A stretch of DNA of 64,000 nt from Eledone cirrhosa (Eukaryota). Under the pieces are notes generated by a model. That model saw only the letters and a list, made by a program, of their open reading frames with translations, was not told where the DNA came from and did not search any database. Positions 42,366-55,334 of this stretch are shown piece after piece (position 1 is the first letter of the stretch; the number at the start of each line of letters is the position of its first letter). The stretch spans positions 98,208,001 to 98,272,000 of the forward strand of contig OZ024741.1 of the NCBI GenBank assembly GCA_964016885.1, written 5' to 3'. A program made the position numbers and the translations under genes.

Positions 42366-42749
42366 AACATACATACATGCATACATACATAATGGCTGCC
42401 CCCTCGTTATCGAGTATGGCCATTGCACGATATACCATCATTAATAATTATTAATTAATTCTATCGTGCAGTGCCTGTGCGTGAAGATATTTTTTAAAGT
42501 GAAGAAAGACTGTGCACTGAGCCAATCCCACTCTCTGAGCGACAGTAGCTATAACCTGAAAAGAAGAAAAGATCAACATCGTCGGTAACTACTGATCAGC
42601 CGGTTTTATATCGGAGTTATCCCAGTTTCCTGAGTTGCCTTCTCCTAGAAGAATGTCCCGAGAGTGACTAGGGGTCCTTCACTCCCAGTGGTTTAACCGC
42701 GCGATCGGGTGTCCATACATGCATACATACATACATACGTACATACATT

Positions 42750-43082
42750 ACTACAACTGGCACTCCGTCAAATACTTCGGCGACTGTTCCAGTTGATAAG
42801 TTCAACTGAACAGCCTGCCGCTGAAAATTAACGTGTAAGTGGCTGTGCCTTCGACAGACAAGCGTACATTTAACGTAGTTCTCAGGGTGATTCAGCGCGA
42901 CACAGAATATGACAAGTCTGGCCCTTCGAATTACAGGTACAACTCATACTTGCAAGCTGAGTGGACTGGAGCAAAGTGAAATAAAGTATCTTGCTGAAGG
43001 ACACGACGGGCCGCTGGGATTGAACTCATGACCTTACGATTGTAAGCCGAATACCCTAGCCACAAGGCCACGGGCCTTCACA
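42750..43082 (-). mobile_element. tRNA-derived SINE (family S2)
   Basis: A box TGGCCTTGTGG, B box GAGTTCAATCCC, core TTGCTCCAGTCCACTCAGC. Confidence 0.75.
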
Positions 43083-43806
43083 TACATACATACATACATA
43101 CATACATACATACATACATACATACATACATACATACATACATACATACATACATACATAGATACATACATACATACATACATGGTGGCTGCCAACTCGT
43201 TTTCGAGTACGGCACTACTTTATATCCATGTAGGAGAAACCCCTACCGATGCGCTGAACGAGTGTGACTTTTTAGTCCAGCCAGCGACTTGAAAACTCTG
43301 GTACAAACACTACACTTTTGCACAATTACTGACACACAATTACTGACACATAGTGCTGGGCCCATTGTACCCTGTGATGACAAGTGCAGAGAGATCTCCA
43401 GATATAAAGCAATGCCTGTGCCGTGAAGCTTTTATAGTGAGCAAAGGCACTGCACAAAGCCAGTCCCACTCTCTTAACCAAGATGATATTTACCAAAAAG
43501 AAGAACAAGTCAACATCATTGGATACCATCAGGGTTGCAGGTGTTATATCAGAGTTTTCCTTCTCCTAGAATTCTGCCTTGACAAAGGCTAAGGGGTCAT
43601 CTCTCCCGGTGATTTTGGATGGCCATTGACTCTTAAGAGCTCCTTTGCCCTTTGACAGGTTTTGTTTGTAGTCCTGCAGGATGTCCAAAGTCACCCTCCT
43701 CACCAAGAAACCTTGGTGAGGTTGCCAGTTTAGTCGCCAACGACCCGACCATGAGACAGGTTGTACTGGGATACATGTTACCAGTAGCACCAACTGGTGA
43801 CCTGAC
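43081..43806 (-). mobile_element. Bipartite RTE-derived non-autonomous element inserted in (CATA)n
   Basis: RTE 5'UTR-like CTAGGAGAAGGAAAACTCTG, then a zinc-finger remnant and (TATG)n tail; a diverged relative lies at about 42380-42715. Confidence 0.6.
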
Positions 43807-43871
43807 ATACATACATACATACATACATACATACATACATACATACATACATACATACATACATACATACA

Positions 43872-43903
<32 letters not shown>

Positions 43904-44459
43904 CTGTAACTATTACTACTCTTGAAATATTATTTTTTAGACTAATTTTCGGGCTAAATGTATGCTGGTCGAATACTACTTTTAAGAGGCTGAATTTCAT
44001 TAATAGGAATATATATTAAATAATGAGGATGGTGACAACTTAAATGTCTTTTATAATGAAAATAACAGATTAAACGACAACACTAAAAAATATCAGTAAT
44101 GTATACATGCTCGCACGCTCCCGTTTCAAGTGCCAAAAGCGGCAGACATCCAGACAGCCGGACAGCCAACTAGACACACCGACAGACAGACGGAAAATCA
44201 TCTACATAGTACATACAATAGGAGGCGAGATGGTATGTAAATAGAGACTAAGTGAGCTGTGACTATGAAAACATCAACGTACCTGCTCACATCTGCTAAA
44301 ACCAACAAAACATTGCATACGATCTGTTACTAGATCAGGGAAAACATAAACAACATTTCGTATACACTTATGCGCCGGCTGTTATATGCGTGCGATGACT
44401 GAGTATGTGTGGTGTGTGTGAATGCAAACGTTTCGATAGTACTATATATAAAGGGAGCG

Positions 44460-44643
44460 GTGGATTGGCAGTTTCGGTAGAGGGTCGAACGCCATGCTTT
44501 GAAGCATAGAGTTACGTCCCTTTATGATCTGAGTTCAAATCCAGCCGAGGTTAACTTTGCCTTTCATCCTTACGGGGTCGATAAAATACAGTACCAGTAA
44601 TAGACAGAGTAATTGCTGACCTTGTGCCAAAAGAAGAAACAAT
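44460..44643 (+). mobile_element. tRNA-derived SINE S1
   Basis: B box plus core. Confidence 0.85.
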
Positions 44644-44727
44644 TATATATAAAGGGAACTGATGAGAGGTAAACGCACATACACACAAACACACGGAAAC
44701 ACATACATACATATATATATATATACA

Positions 44728-44759
<32 letters not shown>

Positions 44760-45104
44760 CACGTACACACACACACATATATATATATATTTATTTATAT
44801 ATAAATTGAAACAAAATGAAAACGAAATTTCATTTCTCACTCTTAGTATGGCACTTACTTAAATGTAAGTATGCATGTATACGAACATACACATATGTAT
44901 ACAGACGTACAGTAGCATGCACATATATATATATATATACATATATATATACATATGCATACAGGTACACATACATATATGCACGTATCAGTTTAGCGGC
45001 GCTAACGCCGCTTTGTTCGTTTGTAAACAAACTGAACAGCCTGAATTTATGCCATACGGTGTTAAGGCAACCACGTCACCTTTTTGTTCAACACTGACAC
45101 AGGA

Positions 45105-45147
45105 ACGATGTACTAGTTTCAAGCTTGTTAGCTATCATCAGCACCGT
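45105..45147 (-). ncRNA. Type-I hammerhead ribozyme, array copy 1
   Basis: ACGGTG-CTGATGA-TAGCT AACA AGCTT-GAAA-CTAGTA^-CATCGT. Confidence 0.85.
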
Positions 45148-45572
45148 TTACCCATCTGCCAGATAGTTGAACGTTCGAAAGTATATACTTTCCTTATGAA
45201 AATTAACGGCTGAGCAGCCTAATTTGCATATTGAGTGAGTTAAATCGGTCAGGCATACCGAAAACGATAAATTGAAACAAAATGAAAACGAAATTTCATT
45301 TCTCACTCTTAGTATGGCACTTACTTAAATGTAAGTATGCATGTATACGTACATACACATATGTATACAGACGTACAGTAGCATGCACATATATATATAT
45401 ATATATACATATATATATACATATGCATACAGGTACACATACATATATGCACGTATCAGTTTAGCGGCGCTAACGTCGCTTTCTTCGTTTGTAAACAAAC
45501 TGAACAGCCTGAATTTAAGCCATACGGTGTTAAGGCAACCACGTCACCTTTTTGTTCAACACTGACACAGGA

Positions 45573-45615
45573 ACGATGTACTAGTTTCAAGCTTGTTAGC
45601 TATCATCAGCACCGT
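45573..45615 (-). ncRNA. Type-I hammerhead ribozyme, array copy 2
   Basis: Identical to copy 1. Confidence 0.85.
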
Positions 45616-46040
45616 TTACCCATCTGCCAGATAGTTGAACGTTCGAAAGTATATACTTTCCTTATGAAAATTAACGGCTGAGCAGCCTAATTTGCATATT
45701 GAGTGAGTTAAATCGGTCAGGCATACCGAAAACGATAAACTGAAACAAAATGAAAACGAAATTTCATTTCTCACTCTTAGTATGGCACTTACTTAAATGT
45801 AAGTATGCATGTATACGTACATACACATATGTATACAGACGTACAGTAGCATGCACATATATATATATATATATACATATATATATACATATGCATACAG
45901 GTACACATACATATATGCACGTATCAGTTTAGCGGCGCTAACGTCGCTTTGTTCGTTTGTAAACAAACTGAACAGCCTGAATTTATGCCATACGGTGTTA
46001 AGGCAACCACGTCACCTTTTTGTTCAACACTGACACAGGA

Positions 46041-46083
46041 ACGATGTACTAGTTTCAAGCTTGTTAGCTATCATCAGCACCGT
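46041..46083 (-). ncRNA. Type-I hammerhead ribozyme, array copy 3
   Basis: Identical to copy 1. Confidence 0.85.
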
Positions 46084-46506
46084 TTACCCATCTGCCAGAT
46101 AGTTGAACGTTCGAAAGTATATACTTTCCTTATGAAAATTAACGGCTGAGCAGCCTAATTTGCATATTGAGTGAGTTAAATCGGTCAGGCATACCGAAAA
46201 CGATAAATTGAAACAAAATGAAAACGAAATTTCATTTCTCACTCTTAGTATGGCACTTACTTAAATGTAAGTATGCATGTATACGTACATACACATATGT
46301 ATACAGACGTACAGTAGCATGCACATATATATATATATATACATATATATATACATATGCATACAGGTACACATACATATATGCACGTATCAGTTTAGCG
46401 GCGCTAACGTCGCTTTCTTCGTTTGTAAACAAACTGAACAGCCTGAATTTATGCCATACGGTGTTAAGGCAACCACGTCACCTTTTTGTTCAACACTGAC
46501 ACAGGA

Positions 46507-46549
46507 ACGATGTACTAGTTTCAAGCTTGTTAGCTATCATCAGCACCGT
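46507..46549 (-). ncRNA. Type-I hammerhead ribozyme, array copy 4
   Basis: Identical to copy 1. Confidence 0.85.
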
Positions 46550-46974
46550 TTACCCATCTGCCAGATAGTTGAACGTTCGAAAGTATATACTTTCCTTATG
46601 AAAATTAACGGCTGAGCAGCCTAATTTGCATATTGAGTGAGTTAAATCGGTCAGGCATACCGAAAACGATGAATTGAAACAAAATGAAAACGAAATTTCA
46701 TTTCTCACTCTTAGTATGGCACTTACTTAAATGTAAGTATGCATGTATACGTACATACACATATGTATACAGACGTACAGTAGCATGCACACATATATAT
46801 ATATATATACATATATATATACATATGCATACAGGTACACATACATATATGCACGTATCAGTTTAGCGGCGCTAACGTCGCTTTGTTCGTTTGTAAACAA
46901 ACTGAACAGCCTGAATTTATGCCATACGGTGTTAAGGCAATCACGTCACCTTTTTGTTCAACACTGACACAGGA

Positions 46975-47017
46975 ACGATGTACTAGTTTCAAGCTTGTTA
47001 GCTATCATCAGCACCGT
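46975..47017 (-). ncRNA. Type-I hammerhead ribozyme, array copy 5
   Basis: Identical to copy 1. Confidence 0.85.
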
Positions 47018-47277
47018 TTACCCATCTGCATATATGTATGTGTACCTGTATGCATATGTATATATATATGTATATATATATATATATGTGCATGCTACTG
47101 TACGTCTGTATACATATGTGTATGTACGTATACATGCATACTTATATTTATATATATATATAGCAAAAAGTAGTTAAAAATGCAGTTGAAGTCTTTAAGA
47201 AGGTGCATTCACAATGATACATATCTTTACTGGTTTCACATATTGCATGTTATTCAAAGGTTAAGAGCGATGGAGAG

Positions 47278-47324
<47 letters not shown>

Positions 47325-47335
47325 TATATATGGCT

Positions 47336-47593
47336 GTATGTGTTTCCGTATGTTTGTGTGTATGTGTGTTTACCTCTCATCAGCATTTTTGCAAGAGATG
47401 TCAACATGAATGGACCTGTTACTTTTACCTAAACGCATTTTTTCCAATTCCATCCCGCTCGTCCCCTCAATCTATTTTATTTCTCATTCTTTCTTCTGAA
47501 ACATTAATGCCCTCTTCCTGCTATATCAAGCGTTAACCTAATATATACCTTCCATTTACTGTACCGATTATGTTGTTATTTCTGTTTATCATT

Positions 47594-47600
<7 letters not shown>
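47336..47600 (+). mobile_element. Family B repeat with hammerhead core deleted
   Basis: Matches 27075-27300 but reads CTTCTGAAACATTA where others have CTGATGAAGGAC..TCCGAAACGTTA; 47336-47383 is the inverse of 44659-44706. Confidence 0.7.
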
Positions 47601-47636
<36 letters not shown>

Positions 47637-50600
47637 GCGGGTGGCGGGGTCAGTGTGTGTGAGTGAAGGCGTATGTATATATATATATACATACACCTCC
47701 ACATATATATGTGTGTGTGTAGAGAGAGAGAGAGGGTGTGAAGGAAAGAGAAGGAAGGAGAAAAGAGGGGAAAATTAATTACACGGTAGAGAAAATAACG
47801 TTTTATACTTATTGATGCTCTAATTTGAATTTCAAGTCACCTCTCTGTGGGTCAAATTTAAAAAAATGACACAGAAAATACTTATTATGAATAGATGGCA
47901 AATAGATAGTTTAGAAATGCTACCAAGTTCATAATACTTTATTTTTAAAGAAGAGCAAAGGAGAAATAGTGAAAGAAAGATAAAGGTATATTAAAGGGAA
48001 AGAAGATATTAAAGAAGAAATAATAATGTATATAGAAATATATAGAAGGACTAGGAATCTCGTTGAATTTTGCATTTTCCAATATACTAAATCATTCTAT
48101 GCATAAAAGAAGTTTAGTGTTTCCAATGCACTTGATGTAGCACTGTAAGATAATATGTATAGAGAAAGTGAGAGATAATGAAAAATACGAAGTGCAAACG
48201 AAGAAATGTCGTGTAACAAAAACAAACATTGAAAATAATGATTGTAAGCGTCAAATTCAGAGTATCTTAACTTAAATTCTCCGATTCGATAAATAGCTCA
48301 TGAAACTACCTCCAATATCGAGTACTTTCTTTTATCCTTCCAGTTTACCTACATACCTAGTCTTGTTCTTCGCTGAGAAGTACACTGTAATACCCCAGAT
48401 TAACAAAGCTGAATAAGGAACAATACCCGTTTAATTTTTTTCCGAGAATACTCCAATCCTTTCAGAGATATATTCCTAAAAGGTTCAACTGAGAAAATGT
48501 AAGATATTGTAAGGAGATTTGAATGACAGGCATACTTCTTTAACAAGAGAATACCTGTACTGATAGAAGTAAATACGTATTGTAGATGTGAAGAATCCTA
48601 CCTCAAAACAATACCCAGATTTATTCGAAATTGTTCTGTTTAATCTCGTGAAAAATGTCAGAATCCGAAATTTAACCACAGATTCCAAATACATTTAATA
48701 GTAATCAGAATTCCTTAGCTAATTCAGATAAAATACACTTTAGTTTTGATAAGTATAAAAATCTTTATAGCTTAGATAAAACACGCATTAAAGATTATTG
48801 TTCAGCAGCATCACCGGCATCTATAAAAAGTCCATGATAACACCTATTATTCTATCAACCTTGAAACTAAGGATATTACCTCCACACGTAATATAGATGA
48901 TTGAGTAGAATTATTTGCCTCTGGCTTACCTTTCACGCATAAGTATCATAAACGCAGATTTTCGTAGCCGGAGAAATGTAGGTTAATCAACCTTCGTCAA
49001 ATCAGAGTTAGGTTTAGACAGTAAGAGAAATTGACCCCATCATTCGTAGAACAAGAAACATTATTTATCTCCCTCTGTGGAATAATAGCTTGTCAATAAT
49101 AGAATGGTAAAAAATAAGTTGCAGTTTTACTCGGTTTTACTAAATCACCTCTTTTAAAAGTTATTGCCTTCCTTTACTAAATCACTTCTTTTAAAAGTTA
49201 TTGCCTCTGATAAAACAGTCTTCGCTATGAGTGACTGATGTATTAACAGTATCATGCAGACCAAATAGTCATTCTAATTTCTTGAAAAAGCTGCAAAGAT
49301 AAAACAAAAATGGAAAAAGATGATCTATTCGGCTAGAATATATATGATGATATTCAAATGTGTGAAACTTTTTCATAATTACTACACAAGCCGTTCTAAA
49401 TGCTGGAAGTTAGCATCAATCGTAATAGACGCTTCTAGTGTGAAATAATAGTGATTACTGCATAGACAAATTTTGGAAGGATCTTATTTTACTTGTTAGT
49501 GAATTAATTTTAAAATTAGGATAATTCGATTGTTAAATCATAAATATCATTTCCAATTTGGACTCTAATAAAATTATCTTAAGCTTAATGAATAGGCATT
49601 ATATATTAATAAGAATTGTAATCACCCAACCGATATTTTCTCCATCATTTAGTCCCCAATAAAAACAAGCTTTAAGAGCGTTCATACTCCGGTACTGTTT
49701 AGATCACTTCTACAAGCAACACAGGTACATAAATTGTTTTGATTTTTTTTTCAAATTATTCATCGTGATATTTTTAAAACTTGCTGACCAGTTGCCATCA
49801 ACCCAGTATCCAACAGCCAGGTCTCAGAATCATGTAGGTAAGGAATATAAGACAATTTCTAGCCCTTCCAATAAATTACCTCGTCAAAGATAGCGCCATA
49901 TTATGAAGCCAAAAAGAACGCTGGTATCAATTCATTTCTCATGTTCTCGCTCAATTGTCTTGTTAGAGTAGATACAGATATCTTCAACCAGAAAGAAGAA
50001 ACAAATTACATGCTAAATTATTCAAAAGAAGTTGACAAATATATTTTTTCTTCTGTATGAAAACCTAGAGATGCTAAATTCCAATATTTTAATCGGTATT
50101 TTACCTTTTTAACTCACTTTTATTCATTATATTCAAAGACAATACGACTCATGTTGATCGCCATGATAAGCTTGTGGAACGGAAATTTCCATCAATTATA
50201 ATGATAGACCTGCAGCTATATTTAGCTGAGGATTCTTTCTATGTAATTAGTTGGAGCCTGGTGGTTTTAATTCATTTTCATCCCACTCCTTAACCTTCTC
50301 CTTTCTTTTAATTATCATTTTTCTTGTCGTTTCTTCTTTATGTTATTATGTTATTACATGTTTATATATTTTCCCTTTGTGCTTTATTTTATTTCATTTT
50401 TCGAAAAATGAAATATGTTATAGGGGGTTCCGCTACACGCTATAACATTTCTTGACGAAAACATGGCTGTAATATTCTTGTCTTCAAAAGATTTGTTCCA
50501 GTGCCTCTATTTTCCGAGTGTTTGTAAAGGCAGTGATAGGGAGGTGAACGCAGTGGTGACAGTAGTGTTGTTTGTTGTGGCGGTGAAGTTGGGGATAGTG

Positions 50601-52014
50601 CTGGTGGTGTTTCGTGGTTTTGGCGGTGGTGGTGTTGTTGTTGTTGGTAGTGGTCGTGGTGGTGGTGGTGGTGGTTTTAGAAGTCAATCCATTTCCTATT
50701 AACGCCCAATTAAAATATGCAAGCATCCAACATCCCGACACTTAGATTTTTAATTAATTTGAATTCTTCGGCATAAAACGAAAAGTACTTTTGGTTTCTT
50801 ATTTTACATGAAGCAAATTGTGTCACCTTCTTTATAGAGACACGATAACAGCAATAATAACATCACCACCAGAACAAAAAACAGCAATGGGGATGGCGGC
50901 CATAATGATAAATTATACGAACAACATCAGGATCGATGAATTTCACGTTAGATTTATGAAGAATGAATATAGGCCTCACAGTCATAAGAAAGAAAAAGAA
51001 GATAAAGAAAACGACAATCACTAAAATGAATAATAATAATAATAAAAATAATTTCTTTTAATTTTTTTTTTTTAGATAAAAATAATAATAAGCCGACGAC
51101 AACAATGATGGAGAAGTCCAAAATAACATAATCAAAACTATATAAAAAAGCAAAACTATCAAAATATAATTAAAATAGAAAACACAAGGCAGCAAAAATT
51201 TGAGGAAGAGGAAGAATGACAAAAGACGAGAAATATTCGAGTCTTGTGTTCTAGTTAATTTTCGAATCTTCGCCGATGGATATGTGCTTGTAAGAGATGT
51301 GGCTAAAGAGTGTCTAACTGATTAGGAGATAATTAAGACGGTTTTGTGTTAGCCACGAGCAAAACAATCAAACAACATTCAAACATCAAAATATTTTAGG
51401 AAGGCTGTGAACTAAACAGGGATATATCTAGATTTTAACAAGTTATACAGAAACACACACTCACAAAGATATGTGTATATGTCTTCTTTGTGTGTGTGGG
51501 TGAGGGTGTATGTGTGTGTGGATGTGGGTGTATGTGTGTGTATGTGTGTGTGTGTGAGCGGGGGCGCTTATGTGTAGGTTTCAGTTTATAAAGCAGGATG
51601 AAAAAGTAATCATTTCAGAAGTAAAGAGCAAACATGCGTTGTGGAGCTGAGATTATTTTCTGCTACTGCTCAGTGTTCCATGTATGTAACCGATTGTGTA
51701 ATTGGTTTATGATATATGAGACATGGTATATTATAAGTAATATGTAATATGATGATCATTGCATGGTATATGTACAATATGATAATGAAAAATAATATCA
51801 AAACGATGCATTTATAAATACCAAACGAACACCCACATATACAAATACATATTCATCAATATAATTGTTTTACTATCGGTGTATGTTAATTGTCAGTGCT
51901 GTATTGTAGCACGGTATGAACGAAATAGGTGTAATCGGCATTCTACGGTAGTTCTAGGTAAGATCTGGTATCATGTAGACGTGTAGCCGACTGAGTATTG
52001 GTAATGTAATAAAT

Positions 52015-52332
52015 ATGAAGAAGACACAGTTCTACATTTCCATACAACAATTTATTAAATAATGACCATTATGTACATTTCAGAGGCGTTAGAATATGTT
52101 AGGTAAATCTAACATGTCATCATCAGAGGGGAATTAATATGGTATGTGATATGCAGACTCGGGAACTATCAACATCTTGCTCTCGGAAATCTCCATATCA
52201 CATATATTTTTATTTCCTGTCTGATGTTGATGCGTTACACTTACGTACAACTCGAAGATGCCTCCGATATGAACACAACAGGCAGTTATTTAATAAAATA
52301 AAGTATTGATATATTGTCATGTCTTCATTTAT
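52015..52332. repeat. Old, diverged fold-back element
   Basis: Inverted pairs ATGAAGAAGAC/GTCTTCAT, TTATTAAATAA/TTATTTAATAA, CATCAGA/TCTGATG and ATGTGATATG/CATATCACAT. Confidence 0.55.
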
Positions 52333-52971
52333 ATATATATATATAATATTTAGAAAACGTAAGAGAAACACAAACATGAGGACACTTCCTGCTCATCGGC
52401 TGTTTGTTGTGGATCGCTGATGTTTCGACGCATTAAAGAGAGTACATCTCACCACAGTGCGTTGATAATTAAGAGGAATAGTTATCCGGGAAGGAAAAAA
52501 AAACACAAAAAAAAACAGAAACGATAGCGAAGCGAACCACAAGAAAGAAAATAAACAAAAGAAAAACATACCGATAGAGGGGGAAACACGAGACAGTAGT
52601 ACATGTAAGTTGCAGTCACCAGTGGGAGAGAGGGAGAATTCAATAAGGAGACCAAACGTAAGACATGAATCCGTAATAACAGCACGACGGAGAACGAAGA
52701 GAAATACGTCTGATCATTGCGAGAACAAGCGCAAAGAGAAAGAGACGAAGGAAAACTGAAGATAAAAGAGGGAGTGGGAAGTAGTAAGTTTTCTTCCTAC
52801 CCATTCCAACCCATTCTAACTAACCGTGGACCTCAGCGAAACATGTATCGTGGAGATGAAGATAAACCTGGATACATCTGTCAATGGCGTTCGATGTATT
52901 TAATACTCTATAATGCTCCGGCTTTGAAGAATTTAAAACGTTGGTGATAAATATAAAACAAATGTGAATAA

Positions 52972-53390
52972 TAATTGTTTCTACTTTAGGCTCCAGGCCA
53001 GCAATTTTTGTTGGCGGAAAAGTCGATTAAATCGACTCCAGTACATTACTGGTGCTTTATTTTATCGACCCCGTAAGGATAAAAGACAAAGCTAACCTCG
53101 GCGGGACTTGAACTCAAAACGTAAAGGAACGTTATACTATGTCCCAAGGCATAGCGTCTGACTCTAAACCGATACTGCCAATCCACCGCACTAATAATAA
53201 GAATAATGGTTTCTTATGTAGCGATTTTGGGAGAGGGGAGAGTTGATTAAATCGACACCAGTGCTTGACTGGTACTTTATTTTATCGACCTCGTAAGGAT
53301 GAAAGAAAAAGTTAAACTCGGCTGGATTTAAACACAGATCATAAAGGGCCGTAACTCTATGCTGCAAATCATGGTGTCCGATTGTCAACG
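52972..53390 (-). mobile_element. Two tandem SINE S1 copies
   Basis: Core at about 53045-53115 and 53268-53335. Confidence 0.8.
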
Positions 53391-53835
53391 CAATAATAAA
53401 TGAAATTAGACAGTTAGTATGAGCTTAAATAATTAAGGATAAAAAGATATGAAATATTAGTAATATTATTGTAGTTAACACACATGGATGTATGTATGTA
53501 GGTATTTACATACAAGTACATGGATTCATTCACATAGAACCACACAGAGACACAGACACATACACACACGCACACTCTCACACACAAACACAAATATATA
53601 TATATGTACACATATATATATATATACATATATGTATATACATATATATATATATACATATATATATACATATATATATACATATATAAAATGGTATGGA
53701 TATTCCCACCGCGGTAACAGCAATAGAACAGATGAATATTTAAATCGTTTTTTAATTTATTTAAAAGATTTATTTAAAAGATTGTTTATATACACACACA
53801 CACATATATATATATATATGTATATATATATATGT

Positions 53836-54062
53836 ATGTAAAAGGAAAACAGAAATAACAACAAAATTGGTACAGTATATGGAAGGTATATATTAGGTTA
53901 ACGCTTGATATAGCAGGAAGAGGGTTTTAACGTTTTGGACGTTAGTCCTTCATCAGAAGAAAGAATGAGAAATAAAATAGATTGAGCGGACGGGCGGGAT
54001 GGAATTGGAAGAAATATCTTTAGATAAAAATAACAGCTCCATTCATGTTGACATCTCATGCA
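53836..54062 (-). mobile_element. Family B repeat with hammerhead motif
   Basis: Minus strand TT-CTGATGA-AGGAC TAAC GTCC-AAAA-CGTT-AA at about 53925-53960, a G12 to A change. Confidence 0.72.
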
Positions 54063-55334
54063 ATATATATATATAAATATACAATGATATTAAATAAATG
54101 GAAACTATATTTATAAAACCATATTTATTTTATTATATATATTTCAAGGGTAACCAAGACAAAATTGGTACGCTTTCATTAGATAAAATACAAAGTTTGT
54201 TTTATAAATAGAGACATACCCATGGAAATCATACCTTATCGGTTGGAAATTCACTGGATTGTGGAAATATATTAGGGATTATTCAAACTTATGTGTGAAT
54301 ATGCAAATGAATATGTAAATAATTGAAAAACAATCGTTTATTTAAATGACATGGAGAAAGAGAGAGAAAAAATAAGAAATATTACGAGAGAGATAGAGAG
54401 AAGAAATTAACAAGAGGATAAATAGAACTCATGTAACGTTAATTTGGGGGAACATATTTTAAGTATATATCTACTAATGGTACGTGTATTTACGATTAAT
54501 TAGTTGTTAAAATTCTTTTCTAATATAATATTTACTGTTATAAGTAGATAGAAAAATAAATAGATAGAAAAATAGATAGAAAAATAGATAGAAAAATAGA
54601 TAGAAAAATAAATAGATAGAAAAATAGATATAAAATAAATAGAAAAATAGATCAATAAATAGATAAATAGATAAATAGATAAATAGATAAATAAATGGAT
54701 AGATGGGTATATCGTGTTATAAATAATTGTTTTAATGAGTTATGAGGGATATTGGTTGATATTTAATGTAAGTAAATATTAAGTTAAATTAAATTAAGTT
54801 AACTGAGTTAATAAGAATATTTATATTTATATATATTAAAATGGGAAGACACGGAAAAAACTCCAGTTTTGTTTATTTATTCGTTAGTATGAGACTATTT
54901 TGTCAAAATAAGTATAAATGTTAAAGATATAAATGTTGAAAGATATATTTAGCCTGAATTAGTTAGTGGTTATAAATCTAATAAAAGATATTAAAAAATA
55001 TTACAAATTCGGGAAAAGTTTTTAAAAAATAATTTATAAGAGATAAGTAATTTTTTTTAAAATAAGTAATTTTCAAAAATATATGAAAAATTTAAGAAAT
55101 AAAAAATAAAAAATTAAGAATTAAAAAATATTAAAATTAAAATTAAAAATTAAAATTTAAAAATTAGGATCATATATGTATATATTTTAAGAAACTTTAA
55201 GAGGTGAAATTATAGCAAATATTATAGATATGATTAAGAGATAACAATATATTAAAACAGAGTGGATAAGATAGTTATGGAAATAAGTAGAAATATTATA
55301 AGTGTAATTATAATTTATATATAGTTCTAAACGT

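Larger units (their letters stand above)
44801..47150 (-). mobile_element. Tandem array of 466-468-bp units (about 4.8 copies), each with a hammerhead, plus a terminal inversion: candidate retrozyme or multi-pLTR element
   Basis: Near-identical units; HHRs start at 45105, 45573, 46041, 46507 and 46975; 47027-47150 is an inverted copy of part of the unit. Confidence 0.88.

Noticed and set aside
44801-47030. Array as a CRISPR locus or as repeated small genes (MKTKFHFS...)
   Set aside because: Units are near-identical with no unique spacers, the context is eukaryotic, and ORF frames shift with TA-run length
48250-50000. Coding-like AT-rich stretch, possibly an L1/Tx1 remnant or viral sequence
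   Set aside because: Too decayed for me to identify a diagnostic motif; needs a translated HMM search
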